Notes: generated by a model from the letters alone, not told the origin. Shown: positions 8,482 through 17,811, counted from the first letter of the stretch. The stretch is DNA of 64,000 nucleotides from an uncultured Gammaproteobacteria bacterium (GCA_964452165.1 CAYVKP010000001.1:140110-204109), one strand, 5' to 3'. Translations and numbers: made by a program.

Positions 8482-9066
8482 ATGAACGATACGGGTTTTG
8501 ATAGTTCTAGAGTAGACCCTCGAGAAGAAGCCTTGCTAAGGACTGCCACCGATGAGCAAAAAGCCATGTACGCTTTAATAAAAGAGATGGCAAAACTGGA
8601 AACTATTCCTGATCCATCTCAACAAGATCAACCGCTGTATAAAATGGGATTAACTAATGGTCACGATGCAACTTTCCCTCCTTCAAAATTCATAGAGCTT
8701 GCATTGGCTTCACAGTCTCCAGAAAGCATTCCAACACCCCCGGGTCAAGAAGCTCGTGGTGCAAGCGTTGTCTCTTACTTACAGTTCTCTTTAATGAAGA
8801 GAGGGCTAAATGATCATGGTGTGTCTGTATATACGGGAGCCTACGAAGCTAGAATTTATAATGAAAGGTTAAAATCTCCAGGAGGAGTTGACGTATCTAC
8901 TTTTAGAGTATCACCCGTTTCAGGAACATTTCAAGGGATGGAAGCTGAAGTTCCTCGAGTTTTCAATATCGGGTTTCCAGTAAAAGTTGAAAGTACGCAA
9001 GGATATCGACAAGGTAGTTTCGAAAACACCTCTTATCAACGAACCTTTCCGCCTGCAGGTAAATGA
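8482..9066 (+). CDS. Hypothetical protein (orphan)
   Basis: 194-aa ORF preceded by TTGACT..TAAAAT promoter; no recognised motif. Confidence 0.7.
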   Translation: MNDTGFDSSRVDPREEALLRTATDEQKAMYALIKEMAKLETIPDPSQQDQPLYKMGLTNGHDATFPPSKFIELALASQSPESIPTPPGQEARGASVVSYLQFSLMKRGLNDHGVSVYTGAYEARIYNERLKSPGGVDVSTFRVSPVSGTFQGMEAEVPRVFNIGFPVKVESTQGYRQGSFENTSYQRTFPPAGK

Positions 9067-9207
9067 AAATAATCGATTTATCTCTGCCAATCTTTGACGG
9101 TATGCCGGTATATCCGGGAGATCCCGAAGTTGTTGTCGAACAAATTCAAACTCTTGAAAAAGTTTGAATCTCGTCCTCTCCGCAGATAATAATGCTATAA
9201 TTTGCCT

Positions 9208-10035
9208 ATGGGTGAAATAGGCCTTTCTTTTGAAGAAGGCCAAAAATCAGGGTTAATATCTACGCCAACTCCGGAGACACCTTCCCCTAGATCTGAAATA
9301 CCCATCTTTCAACCAGAAGGTCTAATTGTAGCTGAAAATACAACGTCTCAAGATATAGATCAAGCGTCTCGCCTGAAAATACCTAAATTAAAAATAGGAC
9401 TACACTTAATAAGTAAAGGAGAGAAAGTTCTTGTTTCTTCGGGTATACAACCAGAAACAGCGATCATACACGCAGCGGAAAGATTAGCGCTGTTTAATTC
9501 ACTCAAGCTCAATGGATTTGACCCAATACTTTTTGAATCTGCCTGGAAATCAGACGAATCCTGGCCTGATAAAGAATACCGGCATTTAGACGTTCTAGGT
9601 AGGCAAGAAATCAAAAAAGAAGTCGCTTATAGTTCAGCTGGCAGACTGGCAGTGGAAGCGTATAGAAAAGGAAAACTTGACAGAATGGTAGGGCTAGATG
9701 CTTGGGTTAACGATGAGGACGAGACTAATGAGGCGGCAAAAGAAAACCTACGAAAAGATTCCTCTTCCTTGGTGGCAGCTGTCGATGAGGGTAGAGGCAA
9801 AGGACCAGTAAAAGATCCATCAGATTTCCTGCTTTTTTATACTGAATTTGACGAGTTAGTTCCTGCAAGTACAGCAACAATACCGGGAGCTAAAAACGTG
9901 GAAGTAAAAATACCCAAGATATTGCTTGAGGCGAAAAGACGGGGCTTACTTGAAGGGCCTTGGGTTCATAGGTTCGCAATTGGAGACAGACTGGTAAACG
10001 GAGGTCCACAAATGGCAAAACATTTTAGAGGCTAG
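9208..10035 (+). CDS. Hypothetical protein, possible alpha/beta-hydrolase fold
   Basis: AYSSAG nucleophile-elbow-like motif, FYTEFDELVP acid motif, late His (WVH); ATG 6 nt after TG-C-TATAAT. Confidence 0.6.
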   Translation: MGEIGLSFEEGQKSGLISTPTPETPSPRSEIPIFQPEGLIVAENTTSQDIDQASRLKIPKLKIGLHLISKGEKVLVSSGIQPETAIIHAAERLALFNSLKLNGFDPILFESAWKSDESWPDKEYRHLDVLGRQEIKKEVAYSSAGRLAVEAYRKGKLDRMVGLDAWVNDEDETNEAAKENLRKDSSSLVAAVDEGRGKGPVKDPSDFLLFYTEFDELVPASTATIPGAKNVEVKIPKILLEAKRRGLLEGPWVHRFAIGDRLVNGGPQMAKHFRG

Positions 10036-10580
10036 GGTTTGAAAATTAGTGACAGGGCAAAGATTATAAAAGAGAGACCTACTACGTTTACCAGAGTTGA
10101 TATCATTACAAACTGATAACTTTTAAGCTTGTGAATCCCCATAAGATTTATTCCTACGTCATGTGGTACTGGCGTTAGAATTAAGATGGCCCCCAAAACA
10201 GGGAATAACCATCTAAAGTGTTTTGTTCTCAGGACATTGTGAAAGTGATTCTTACCGAACTTCTCATAGATTGGTGTAATTTCTGAGGCTAGTCCATCTT
10301 TTGCTAAATTAAAAATCGTAAAGTCTGCAGTTATTGCTCCAAGCGCTGCAACAATTGCAATATTTGCCAAGGAAAATTTTTCAGCCAGAATTAAAAGAAC
10401 CGTTGCGGCAAAAGGTGCAGCAAAAGTGGAAATGAAAATAAGGCCGGCAATAAAAGCAGCACCCAGTCCCATATGAAGAATAAATTCCTTGAAAGGCCCA
10501 AAGCTTCCTAAAGTGAAAGCAAAAATGAAGGCGATTATTAGGAAAGTTAGATTTTTAAATCTCCAAGAATTCCAATCCAT
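10032..10580 (-). CDS. Multi-pass membrane protein (DedA/VTT-like)
   Basis: About 5 TMs, ALGAITADFTIF and TPVPHDVG motifs. Confidence 0.65.
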   Translation of the reverse strand: MDWNSWRFKNLTFLIIAFIFAFTLGSFGPFKEFILHMGLGAAFIAGLIFISTFAAPFAATVLLILAEKFSLANIAIVAALGAITADFTIFNLAKDGLASEITPIYEKFGKNHFHNVLRTKHFRWLFPVLGAILILTPVPHDVGINLMGIHKLKSYQFVMISTLVNVVGLSFIIFALSLIFKP

Positions 10581-10625
10581 AAATTTAGTATAGCAAAATG
10601 CTTTAAATTTTAATAAACTGCATTC

Positions 10626-11054
10626 ATGATAGGATATTCGGCAGTACCACTCTATAAAAAACTAGGGTTGAAAGAAAACTCACGAATTATTTTTATAAAT
10701 GAGCCGGATAATTTTCTTTCAAAACTAGGTATAAAAATAAAAACCGAACAAAAACTTACGGGACAGTTTGATTATGTGCATTTCTTTACAAAATCTAAAG
10801 CAGAACTAGAAAAGTTTTTTCCTCAAATTCGAGATCATTTAAATGAAGGTGGAATGTTTTGGGTATCTTGGCCAAAAGGGAGTTTTGGGGTGACAACAGA
10901 TATCAATGAAAATATAATCCGAGAATCGGGTTTATCAAATGGGTTGGTTGATGTTAAGGTGGCGGCCATCGATGAAATTTGGTCCGGACTAAAATTCGTT
11001 TACAGACTGAAAGACAGGTTCCCATCAAGAAATCAAGAGTCTCACAAGATATAA
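10626..11054 (+). CDS. DUF3052-like protein
   Basis: GYS..PLYKKLG, FWVSWPK, GLVDVKVAAIDEIWSGLKFV. Confidence 0.8.
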   Translation: MIGYSAVPLYKKLGLKENSRIIFINEPDNFLSKLGIKIKTEQKLTGQFDYVHFFTKSKAELEKFFPQIRDHLNEGGMFWVSWPKGSFGVTTDINENIIRESGLSNGLVDVKVAAIDEIWSGLKFVYRLKDRFPSRNQESHKI

Positions 11055-11246
11055 TCCCGTAAGCGCCGCTAAACTAAAAGATGCCATAACATTAATTTTT
11101 AGTGCCTTGTTCATAAATCCTTCGGTTTCGATCCCAAGTCTTCTTGCAGAACCGTTGACTCTGCAAAAATAGACCGCGTTATATGCGAAAATGGTCCCTG
11201 AAAAAATGAAAAAGGCAATGTAAGCTATCAATTTTGCGTACTCCAT
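11025..11246 (-). CDS. Small two-TM membrane protein
   Basis: 73 aa, two hydrophobic segments, overlaps the end of the upstream gene with a GGAGG-type SD. Confidence 0.55.
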   Translation of the reverse strand: MEYAKLIAYIAFFIFSGTIFAYNAVYFCRVNGSARRLGIETEGFMNKALKINVMASFSLAALTGLYLVRLLIS

Positions 11247-11890
11247 GTTGTCTCACCTCCTCTCGGCGCAATTTTTTCCATGTATTTCCATTGTTTATCG
11301 CTACCGCTTCCTCTGAGGTACCAAATATCCTCTTTTTTAATTTCTGGTTTTAACGTGTGTCCTGTTGAAAACATCTCTTGTAAATAGTTTTCGACATTCT
11401 TTGGATCCTTGATGTAAGTCAGTGCGAACTCCTCCTGATGAGTGGGTCTGTCAAAAGTTATCACCACGTCTCCAACGTCTAGAAATTCATTAAGGAGTCC
11501 TTCAATTTTAGTATCTATTTCTGTGCACTTTACCTGATCTAGAAAAACTGCGTTTATTTGTCTTGAAAGCATCGGTCTAAAGGAAACCTCAATAATTTTT
11601 TTGTTAGTCACAACATACAAGTTGAAGTACCAATCGAAAACTGATCTTACGGCGAGGGTCGAAATGAATATAAATAGGGATAACAGGCTTAAGAATATTA
11701 CGAGAGGATAATCATCCGCATATTTGTAGGCGAAAGTTGAAGCTATAAGAAAGAGTATACCTATGGATAGAGCGATAGTTACAGGAAACATAAAAGTTCC
11801 CCAATGTTTTCGCTGGACCAAAATTAACTTCTCGTCCGGTAACGTAACGAATTTGTCTTCAATTGCTTTATATAAATCATTTTTACTCAT
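11228..11890 (-). CDS. Membrane protein with bacterial PH domain (paralogue of 2720..3388)
   Basis: Two TMs, WYFNLYVVTNKKIIE...DVGDVVITF; ATG 11890 lies 6 nt after TATAAA. Confidence 0.8.
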   Translation of the reverse strand: MSKNDLYKAIEDKFVTLPDEKLILVQRKHWGTFMFPVTIALSIGILFLIASTFAYKYADDYPLVIFLSLLSLFIFISTLAVRSVFDWYFNLYVVTNKKIIEVSFRPMLSRQINAVFLDQVKCTEIDTKIEGLLNEFLDVGDVVITFDRPTHQEEFALTYIKDPKNVENYLQEMFSTGHTLKPEIKKEDIWYLRGSGSDKQWKYMEKIAPRGGETTWSTQN

Positions 11891-11924
11891 ACTACCTTTA
11901 TAAACCACAGAGAAGCGTAAATCA

Positions 11925-11985
11925 GTTAATAATGTTACAAATATAAGGTAGGAAACCTTACCCAAAAATTGTAAGATTGCTTACA
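11925..11985. promoter_or_regulatory. Three phased Crp-family-type operators GT(A/T)-N8-TAC
   Basis: Cores start at 11925, 11948 and 11971; best site TGTAAG-ATTG-CTTACA; located between divergent genes next to a Crp/Fnr regulator. Confidence 0.7.
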
Positions 11986-12011
11986 TTTTACGCACGTGAT
12001 ATAATTGCTTT

Positions 12012-12668
12012 ATGGTAGGCCCAGCTGAGAAACTGGAATCATTTTTCTCACAATTTAGGCGCATAACTTACAAAAAACGTCAGCTAATTTTGCGGGCTGA
12101 TGATACTCCCTCCGGTGTTTACTTCCTACATAAAGGCTTCGTAAGGCTTTTTTCAATGTCTGAAACCGGTCAAGAACTAACGCTTATCATAGTCAAGCCG
12201 GGAGATTTATTTCCCATAAGGTGGGCGATCACCGGACAAAGACACAACTATTACTTTGAGGCTATTACTCCCGTTGAGGTTTCAAAAGCACCCAAAGACG
12301 ATTTCCTGAATTTTATAGAATCAAACCCAGAAGTTTTATATGACCTGTTTAATAATATTCTTGTTAGACTTGGAGGCTTACTCGAAAGAATGGAGTATTC
12401 AGTTTTTGGTAACGCATATCAAAAAGTTGCGTCCATTCTTGTTATTTGTGCTGAGAGGTTCGGTACGCAAAAAGGGTCGAAGTCTGTTATAAGAGTACCT
12501 CTTACACATAAAGATATAGCAAACTTAATTGGTTTAACACGAGAGACCACAAGTCTTGAAATAAAGAAACTTGAAAAAATTGGAATTTGCGGAAAGGAAG
12601 GAAGATTTATAGAGGTAAACAATATTGATAAACTCAAAAATGAAGCCAACTGGTACCAGTTTTCATAA
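12012..12668 (+). CDS. Crp/Fnr family transcriptional regulator
   Basis: cNMP-binding-like N-domain (GVYFLHKGFVRL..PGDLF), HTH LTHKDIANLIGLTRETTS. Confidence 0.95.
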   Translation: MVGPAEKLESFFSQFRRITYKKRQLILRADDTPSGVYFLHKGFVRLFSMSETGQELTLIIVKPGDLFPIRWAITGQRHNYYFEAITPVEVSKAPKDDFLNFIESNPEVLYDLFNNILVRLGGLLERMEYSVFGNAYQKVASILVICAERFGTQKGSKSVIRVPLTHKDIANLIGLTRETTSLEIKKLEKIGICGKEGRFIEVNNIDKLKNEANWYQFS

Positions 12669-12713
12669 TATCTTCAACTTCCCTTTTTAACTACAAATTG
12701 CCATAATATATTT

Positions 12714-13541
12714 ATGTCTGCCCAAATAATTGTAATTAAGCGCGATGGCTCCCAGGTCCCCTTCGACGATTTGCGTGTTAAGCGATCTATGGAAAGATCA
12801 GGCGTCACACCCGAGTTGTTCGATAGGGTTATTGCTCACATCAAGGAAAGAGTTCAGAAGGATTACACTATAACAACCGACGAAATCTTCTATCACATTC
12901 GTGAATTCCTCGTGAATAAAGATAAAAAGAGTGCCTTAAGATTTAATTTGCGCCAGGCAATTTTTGAATTAGGTCCCACAGGTTTTCCTTTCGAACAGTA
13001 CTTGGCAGGGATTTTTAGAGATCATGGGTACCAGACTCAGGTAGATATCATATTAACCGGAGAGTGCGTAAGACATGAGATAGACATAATCCTTGAAAAA
13101 AACGGCAACAGAGAAATTGTTGAGGTAAAATTCCACAATCAACTTTTTGGAAAAACAGACGTGCAAGTTTTGCTGTATACGTACGCGAGGTTTCTTGATG
13201 TAAAAGAGAGAAACAATATGAGTGGTGTTTGGGTCGCAACAAATACCAAGTTAACGTCTGACGCAATCGCCTATGCAAATTGTAAGGGGGTAAAAGTTTT
13301 GGCGTGGAATTATCCTGAGGAGGAGAATCTCCGAGACTTTGTGGAAAAACCGAAGATGTACCCAATAACTATAATGACCGATTTAACAACTGAAGAAAAG
13401 AGGAGAATGATAGATAATAATGTGATCCTAACGTCAGACATCTTGAAGGTTTCAGATGTGGAATTTAAAGAAAAATATTTCATTGACCAGCAACGCAGCT
13501 TGCAGATCAGAAACGATGCAAAACTTCTAATTAATCCGTAG
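12714..13541 (+). CDS. ATP-cone + Mrr-like PD-(D/E)xK nuclease domain protein
   Basis: VIKRDGSQVPFD ATP-cone start; GPTGFPFEQY, HEIDII..EVKFH nuclease motifs. Confidence 0.88.
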   Translation: MSAQIIVIKRDGSQVPFDDLRVKRSMERSGVTPELFDRVIAHIKERVQKDYTITTDEIFYHIREFLVNKDKKSALRFNLRQAIFELGPTGFPFEQYLAGIFRDHGYQTQVDIILTGECVRHEIDIILEKNGNREIVEVKFHNQLFGKTDVQVLLYTYARFLDVKERNNMSGVWVATNTKLTSDAIAYANCKGVKVLAWNYPEEENLRDFVEKPKMYPITIMTDLTTEEKRRMIDNNVILTSDILKVSDVEFKEKYFIDQQRSLQIRNDAKLLINP

Positions 13542-13558
13542 CCTTACGGCATTTTATT
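13536..13558 (+). terminator. Weak intrinsic terminator candidate
   Basis: CCGTA-GCCT-TACGG hairpin followed by a T-rich tract. Confidence 0.3.
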
Positions 13559-13593
13559 GAAATTTTAATATTTGTGTGCTAGTCTATGAACAC

Positions 13594-14079
13594 ATGAAAT
13601 TGCTTTCCCAAATTGTAAATCTGCTTCCTTTAGAAACTGCTTATGCACATTGCGATATTCCATGTGGAATCTACGATCCTCATGCCGCCCAAGTTGGGGC
13701 GCATACTATAATTCGTATGACGCAAATGCTTCTTGAAGTAAAGAGAGATAATGAGACCAAAGCAGAACATGATATTGCCCGCATGACTCATGTTAAGGAA
13801 GAGCACGGACATCTGATTGAGGACGAGCTTGGTACTCTTGATAACGATTATTTCAAGCCGGAGCACCACGAGAGATATCCAGAGTTGGCAGAATTGATAA
13901 AGTCAGCAGTTAAACTATCGGTTGCTGTAAGACAAGGAATTGATGCAAAAGCAGCAAATGATTTACTTGAGAAGGTTTTGCAGATCGCCGAAATATTTTA
14001 CAAAACAAAAAATCTAACTCCTGTTCGCGTTCCCTCATGGTATCCGACCGGAGCCGAGATGGTTGTGCCCCAGAAATAA
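13594..14079 (+). CDS. sodN: Nickel superoxide dismutase precursor
   Basis: Leader ending AYA, then Ni-hook HCDIPCGIYDP; followed by the maturation protease. Confidence 0.95.
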   Translation: MKLLSQIVNLLPLETAYAHCDIPCGIYDPHAAQVGAHTIIRMTQMLLEVKRDNETKAEHDIARMTHVKEEHGHLIEDELGTLDNDYFKPEHHERYPELAELIKSAVKLSVAVRQGIDAKAANDLLEKVLQIAEIFYKTKNLTPVRVPSWYPTGAEMVVPQK

Positions 14080-14367
14080 ATGCTTCTTGGAATTTTTAAA
14101 GTTTCAGGTCACAGTATGATGCCAAATTACAAACCCGATGACTTGGTTTTAGTAAGTAAAATTCCTTACCTTATATCAAGTCCGGCAGAAGAAGACGTGA
14201 TTTTATTTAAACATCGTAGCAAGGTTTTGATTAAGCGGATTAAGAAAATACGTGCTGGAAAACTTCAAACTTCAGGTGATAACGAAAAGGATAGTCTCGC
14301 TATAAAGCCCATAATTAAAGAACAAATTCTGGGAAAGGTTTTGTTTAGGATCAAAAGTAGTTTATAA
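14080..14367 (+). CDS. sodX: NiSOD maturation protease (S26-like)
   Basis: VSGHSMMP, LIKRI, GDN..DS motifs; abuts sodN. Confidence 0.9.
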   Translation: MLLGIFKVSGHSMMPNYKPDDLVLVSKIPYLISSPAEEDVILFKHRSKVLIKRIKKIRAGKLQTSGDNEKDSLAIKPIIKEQILGKVLFRIKSSL

Positions 14368-14382
14368 TAATCATCTTGCAGC

Positions 14383-14919
14383 ATGTTCATTTTAATCAAC
14401 GCCTTTTTTGGAGTTATAGTCGCTTTATCCCTGGTTGTTTTGTGGTGGGTTTGGCCCCCTGATAGTCCGTGGAGTCCTTGGTGGAGAACAAATTCTGAAA
14501 AAGCTCGGGCAGGCGGAAAACTTGCTAAGATAAATTCAAGAGACGTTGTATATGAATTGGGAAGTGGAGATGCAAATTTTTTAGTCGCAGTATCTAAGAA
14601 ATTCAGTTCAAAAGGGGTGGGCATAGAAATTGATTATCTTAGGCACTTAACCGGAAAGTTAAATGTTGTAAAGAATAAACTTTCACAAAAGATTGATTTG
14701 AAACGGGGCAACTTCTTTAAGTATAATTTATCTTCAGCTACAGTGGTTTTTGTATATCTTGTTCCAAGAGTTCTTGAAAATCTGAAACCAAAGCTATCAA
14801 AAGATTTAAAAAAAGGAACAAGAATAGTGAGTTATAAATACAAATTTAAAAGTGATAATAAAATAAAATTTGTTAAATCAGACAGTAAGAGCGAGATGTA
14901 TTTATATAGGGTTGTTTAA
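14383..14919 (+). CDS. Membrane-anchored class I SAM-dependent methyltransferase
   Basis: N-terminal TM, VYELGSGDA, GIEID, ATVVFVYL. Confidence 0.85.
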   Translation: MFILINAFFGVIVALSLVVLWWVWPPDSPWSPWWRTNSEKARAGGKLAKINSRDVVYELGSGDANFLVAVSKKFSSKGVGIEIDYLRHLTGKLNVVKNKLSQKIDLKRGNFFKYNLSSATVVFVYLVPRVLENLKPKLSKDLKKGTRIVSYKYKFKSDNKIKFVKSDSKSEMYLYRVV

Positions 14920-14923
14920 TTTT

Positions 14924-15967
14924 TTATCCGAGAGATTTTTTAATTTTGAGCGCAGCCCATCTTATTTTATCGGCTATTTTGTAAATTTCATAAGCTGCGG
15001 GTTTAATGACCAGATCAAAACTGCCGACAAACTCAACAAGTTCTGCGCCGTATCCTTCTTTAAATCTATGGAAACCGTACCACGGATCATTTTTGTCCGG
15101 ATTTTCGCTTAATGCTCCCCACATATCGAAATATTTCAGCCCCAGTTTTTTTCCAAGCCTAATTGCTTCCCAGGCGACTAAATTGTTTGCCATCGTCTCG
15201 CGATGCTGACGACTGCTTGCGCCATATGGATAGTAAAGATGATCTTTGAAAACAAACAAAACCCAGGACGTTATAGTTTGTTCATCACCATTTTCAGGTT
15301 TATAGAGCGCATTTAATAAATGGTAGGATAGACTGTTTTCTTTCGTCTTCTTTTCAACTACCTCAAAAAGATTCTTATGATAACTTGGGGTGTGTGCATA
15401 AAATCCTTGACGGCTTGTTGTCTCATTCATTAATTTAAGGTATTGTTCAAAGCTTTCTCTGGAGTTGTTTTCTTCCACTCTGACCTTGTGTTTTTGAGCA
15501 ACCCTTATGTTATAGCGAGTTTTTGAATGCATTTTTGATAGTATCTCTTCTTCGGACGGAACAAGATCTAAAACGAAAGTGTATTTCGTAAAAAGAGGGT
15601 GTGCAGCAATTGGGAGTTTATACTTAGTGCTCAACGGTTTCTGTCTAGCACCTAATTTAACGTTTGGTTCAAGTTGAATAAAGACGCAACTTTCCTGCGT
15701 GCCAATTCTGTATAATTCTTCAAGAAGTTGCTCATCCGGATTTTCTCCTTTTGGCAAGTATCCAATATAGAATTTAGTCTTAGGTATTTTATGTAAAGTT
15801 AAGGTGAACCCATCAACGATCTTTCCACTTTTAACCAGTGCTCTGCGAATAACTTTGACACCGGTTTTTTTTCTAAATTCCCCCCATTCAAAACTTTGCA
15901 AAGGGTGGTTTACCACTTTATTAAAATCTTCCTTTTGATCTGCTGTTACATCAATAAACTCATTCAT
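14924..15967 (-). CDS. FemABX-family peptidoglycan bridge aminoacyltransferase
   Basis: HPLQSFEWGEF, KTRYNIRVA, YYPYGAS, FDMWG, GFHRFKEGYG. Confidence 0.92.
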   Translation of the reverse strand: MNEFIDVTADQKEDFNKVVNHPLQSFEWGEFRKKTGVKVIRRALVKSGKIVDGFTLTLHKIPKTKFYIGYLPKGENPDEQLLEELYRIGTQESCVFIQLEPNVKLGARQKPLSTKYKLPIAAHPLFTKYTFVLDLVPSEEEILSKMHSKTRYNIRVAQKHKVRVEENNSRESFEQYLKLMNETTSRQGFYAHTPSYHKNLFEVVEKKTKENSLSYHLLNALYKPENGDEQTITSWVLFVFKDHLYYPYGASSRQHRETMANNLVAWEAIRLGKKLGLKYFDMWGALSENPDKNDPWYGFHRFKEGYGAELVEFVGSFDLVIKPAAYEIYKIADKIRWAALKIKKSLG

Positions 15968-17811
15968 AAGAAACTAGGTTCATCAGTAATTCTATCAAGA
16001 TAATTGTTTTTAAGAACTTCTTCCGGCAGTTCATAGACAAATCGTGATATTTGGTTACTTACTATCTGACCAAAGTATAATCTCCTTTTCGCAAAAGTTA
16101 AATATAGTTTTTCTTTTGCCCTTGTAATTCCAACGTAACAAAGTCTTCTTTCTTCCTCAAGTTCCCCTGAATCGAGTAGCGATTGACTGTGTGGGAATAA
16201 TCCCTCTTCCATTCCTACTATAAATACCGCATTGAACTCAAGTCCTTTTGCCGCATGCATTGTCATGAAGGTTACAGCGTCGGGATTTTTGCCTAAGCTC
16301 TTATCCGGCATATATTCTTGCTCAACAAGCGCAACGTTTTCCAAGAATTGGTCAAGTCTTGGAAACTCAATTGCAACCGAACGGAGTTCTTTAATGTTTT
16401 CTATTCTGGGTTTATCCTCCGGATCATTTTCATCGTAGAGCTCAACGTAAGCAGTTTTATTTAATACAGCATCTACTATCTCGGTTGTTGAATTTTTTTC
16501 AGCATATCCATTTTGGTTAAATTCCTCAACGTACTTTGCAAATTTTTCAAATCTTTTTTTGCCTATTTTTGTTATTCTCTTTAATGCAACTTTATTCTTA
16601 GGATTTGCAAGGTATGACAGATAGGATAGAATATCTTTTATCTCGCGTCTTTCATAAAACCTCACCCCCCCAACCAGTATGTAGGGAATGCCATTATGTA
16701 GGAATGTTTCCTCAAGGGCACGAGATTGGGCATTAGTACGATACAAAATAGCAAAATCAGAAAATTTTAGATTCGGATTTTTTGTTTTCCCCTCAAGTAT
16801 TTGTTGGATTATAAATTCGGCTTCGGAGTGTTCGTTTTCTGCCTGAAAAATAACAATCTCCTCCCCTTCATGATTTTGGGTCCAAAGGGATAGCACCGGG
16901 TGCTGCGTGTTGTTTGAGATGACTGAGTGTGCGGCATCTAAGATCTTTTGAGTGGAGCGATAGTTTTGTGATAGGGGAAAAGTTTTACTTTCCGGAAAGT
17001 CCCTTTTGAATTTCTCCAGATTTCTAAAGTCTGCTCCGCGGAATGAATAAATGCTTTGGGAAAAATCCCCAACTATACAGATATTGCGATTTTTTCCTCC
17101 AAGAAGTTTTGTCAATTGATATTGAGCCTCGTTGGTATCTTGATACTCATCAACCATTACATATGAGAATCTATCTTGATAGAGCGAAAGAGTTATTGGG
17201 CTTTTTTTAAATAATTCTATGGTTTTATTTAACAAATCATCAAAATCCAGCGCCTCGTGATCTGCCAGCAGGCCCTGGTAAACCGGATAAACTTTGGCTA
17301 CTATTTCTTGAAAATAACCCCTGGCAAATGATTCGTAAGAATCAGGCGCTATCATTTGGTTCTTTGCTTGAGAAATTGTTGCAAGAACTGCTCTAGGCTT
17401 GACTTCCTTGGGAGAGATATCCAGAAACGAAAAAGCTTCCTTGATTATCTCAAGTTGATCTTGATCGTCGAATATCTGAAATCCAGGAGTAATTCCTATT
17501 TCTCTTCCATCACGTCTAAGTATTTTACTGCAGATTGAATGAAAGGTTCCAACAAGAGGTTTATCGGGTATTTTATACTGGGCAAATACTTTTGTAATTC
17601 TGGAGATCATTTCTCCGGCAGCTTTATTGGTAAAAGTTACTAGAAGAATATTTGACGGATTTATTTTTTTCTCAATGACTAGGTACAAAACTCTTTGAAC
17701 AAGAACACGGGTTTTCCCTGACCCTGCGCCTGCGAGTACAATCATTGGACCATCAGTATTAACGACTGCATCCTTCTGTTCGCTATTTAATTTATTGAGA
17801 ATGTTTTCCAT
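15964..17811 (-). CDS. pcrA: ATP-dependent DNA helicase PcrA/UvrD (short form)
   Basis: AGAGSGKT, TFTNKAA, VDEYQD, QNYRS, YRTNAQS, HAAKGLEF, EERRLCYVGITRA; ATG 17811 preferred. Confidence 0.96.
   Translation of the reverse strand: MENILNKLNSEQKDAVVNTDGPMIVLAGAGSGKTRVLVQRVLYLVIEKKINPSNILLVTFTNKAAGEMISRITKVFAQYKIPDKPLVGTFHSICSKILRRDGREIGITPGFQIFDDQDQLEIIKEAFSFLDISPKEVKPRAVLATISQAKNQMIAPDSYESFARGYFQEIVAKVYPVYQGLLADHEALDFDDLLNKTIELFKKSPITLSLYQDRFSYVMVDEYQDTNEAQYQLTKLLGGKNRNICIVGDFSQSIYSFRGADFRNLEKFKRDFPESKTFPLSQNYRSTQKILDAAHSVISNNTQHPVLSLWTQNHEGEEIVIFQAENEHSEAEFIIQQILEGKTKNPNLKFSDFAILYRTNAQSRALEETFLHNGIPYILVGGVRFYERREIKDILSYLSYLANPKNKVALKRITKIGKKRFEKFAKYVEEFNQNGYAEKNSTTEIVDAVLNKTAYVELYDENDPEDKPRIENIKELRSVAIEFPRLDQFLENVALVEQEYMPDKSLGKNPDAVTFMTMHAAKGLEFNAVFIVGMEEGLFPHSQSLLDSGELEEERRLCYVGITRAKEKLYLTFAKRRLYFGQIVSNQISRFVYELPEEVLKNNYLDRITDEPSFL

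Noticed and set aside
8920-9243. 107-aa minus-strand ORF spanning a 140-bp gap
   Set aside because: Overlaps both plus-strand genes and lacks a good start or promoter; a gene remnant cannot be excluded
8331-10035. Prophage or integrative element at tRNA-Ser
   Set aside because: No integrase, phage genes or duplicated tRNA 3' end seen in the window
13573-13594. TGTGT-N12-ACACA inverted repeat before sodN
   Set aside because: Short arms, spacing unlike the Crp-type sites, plausible by chance
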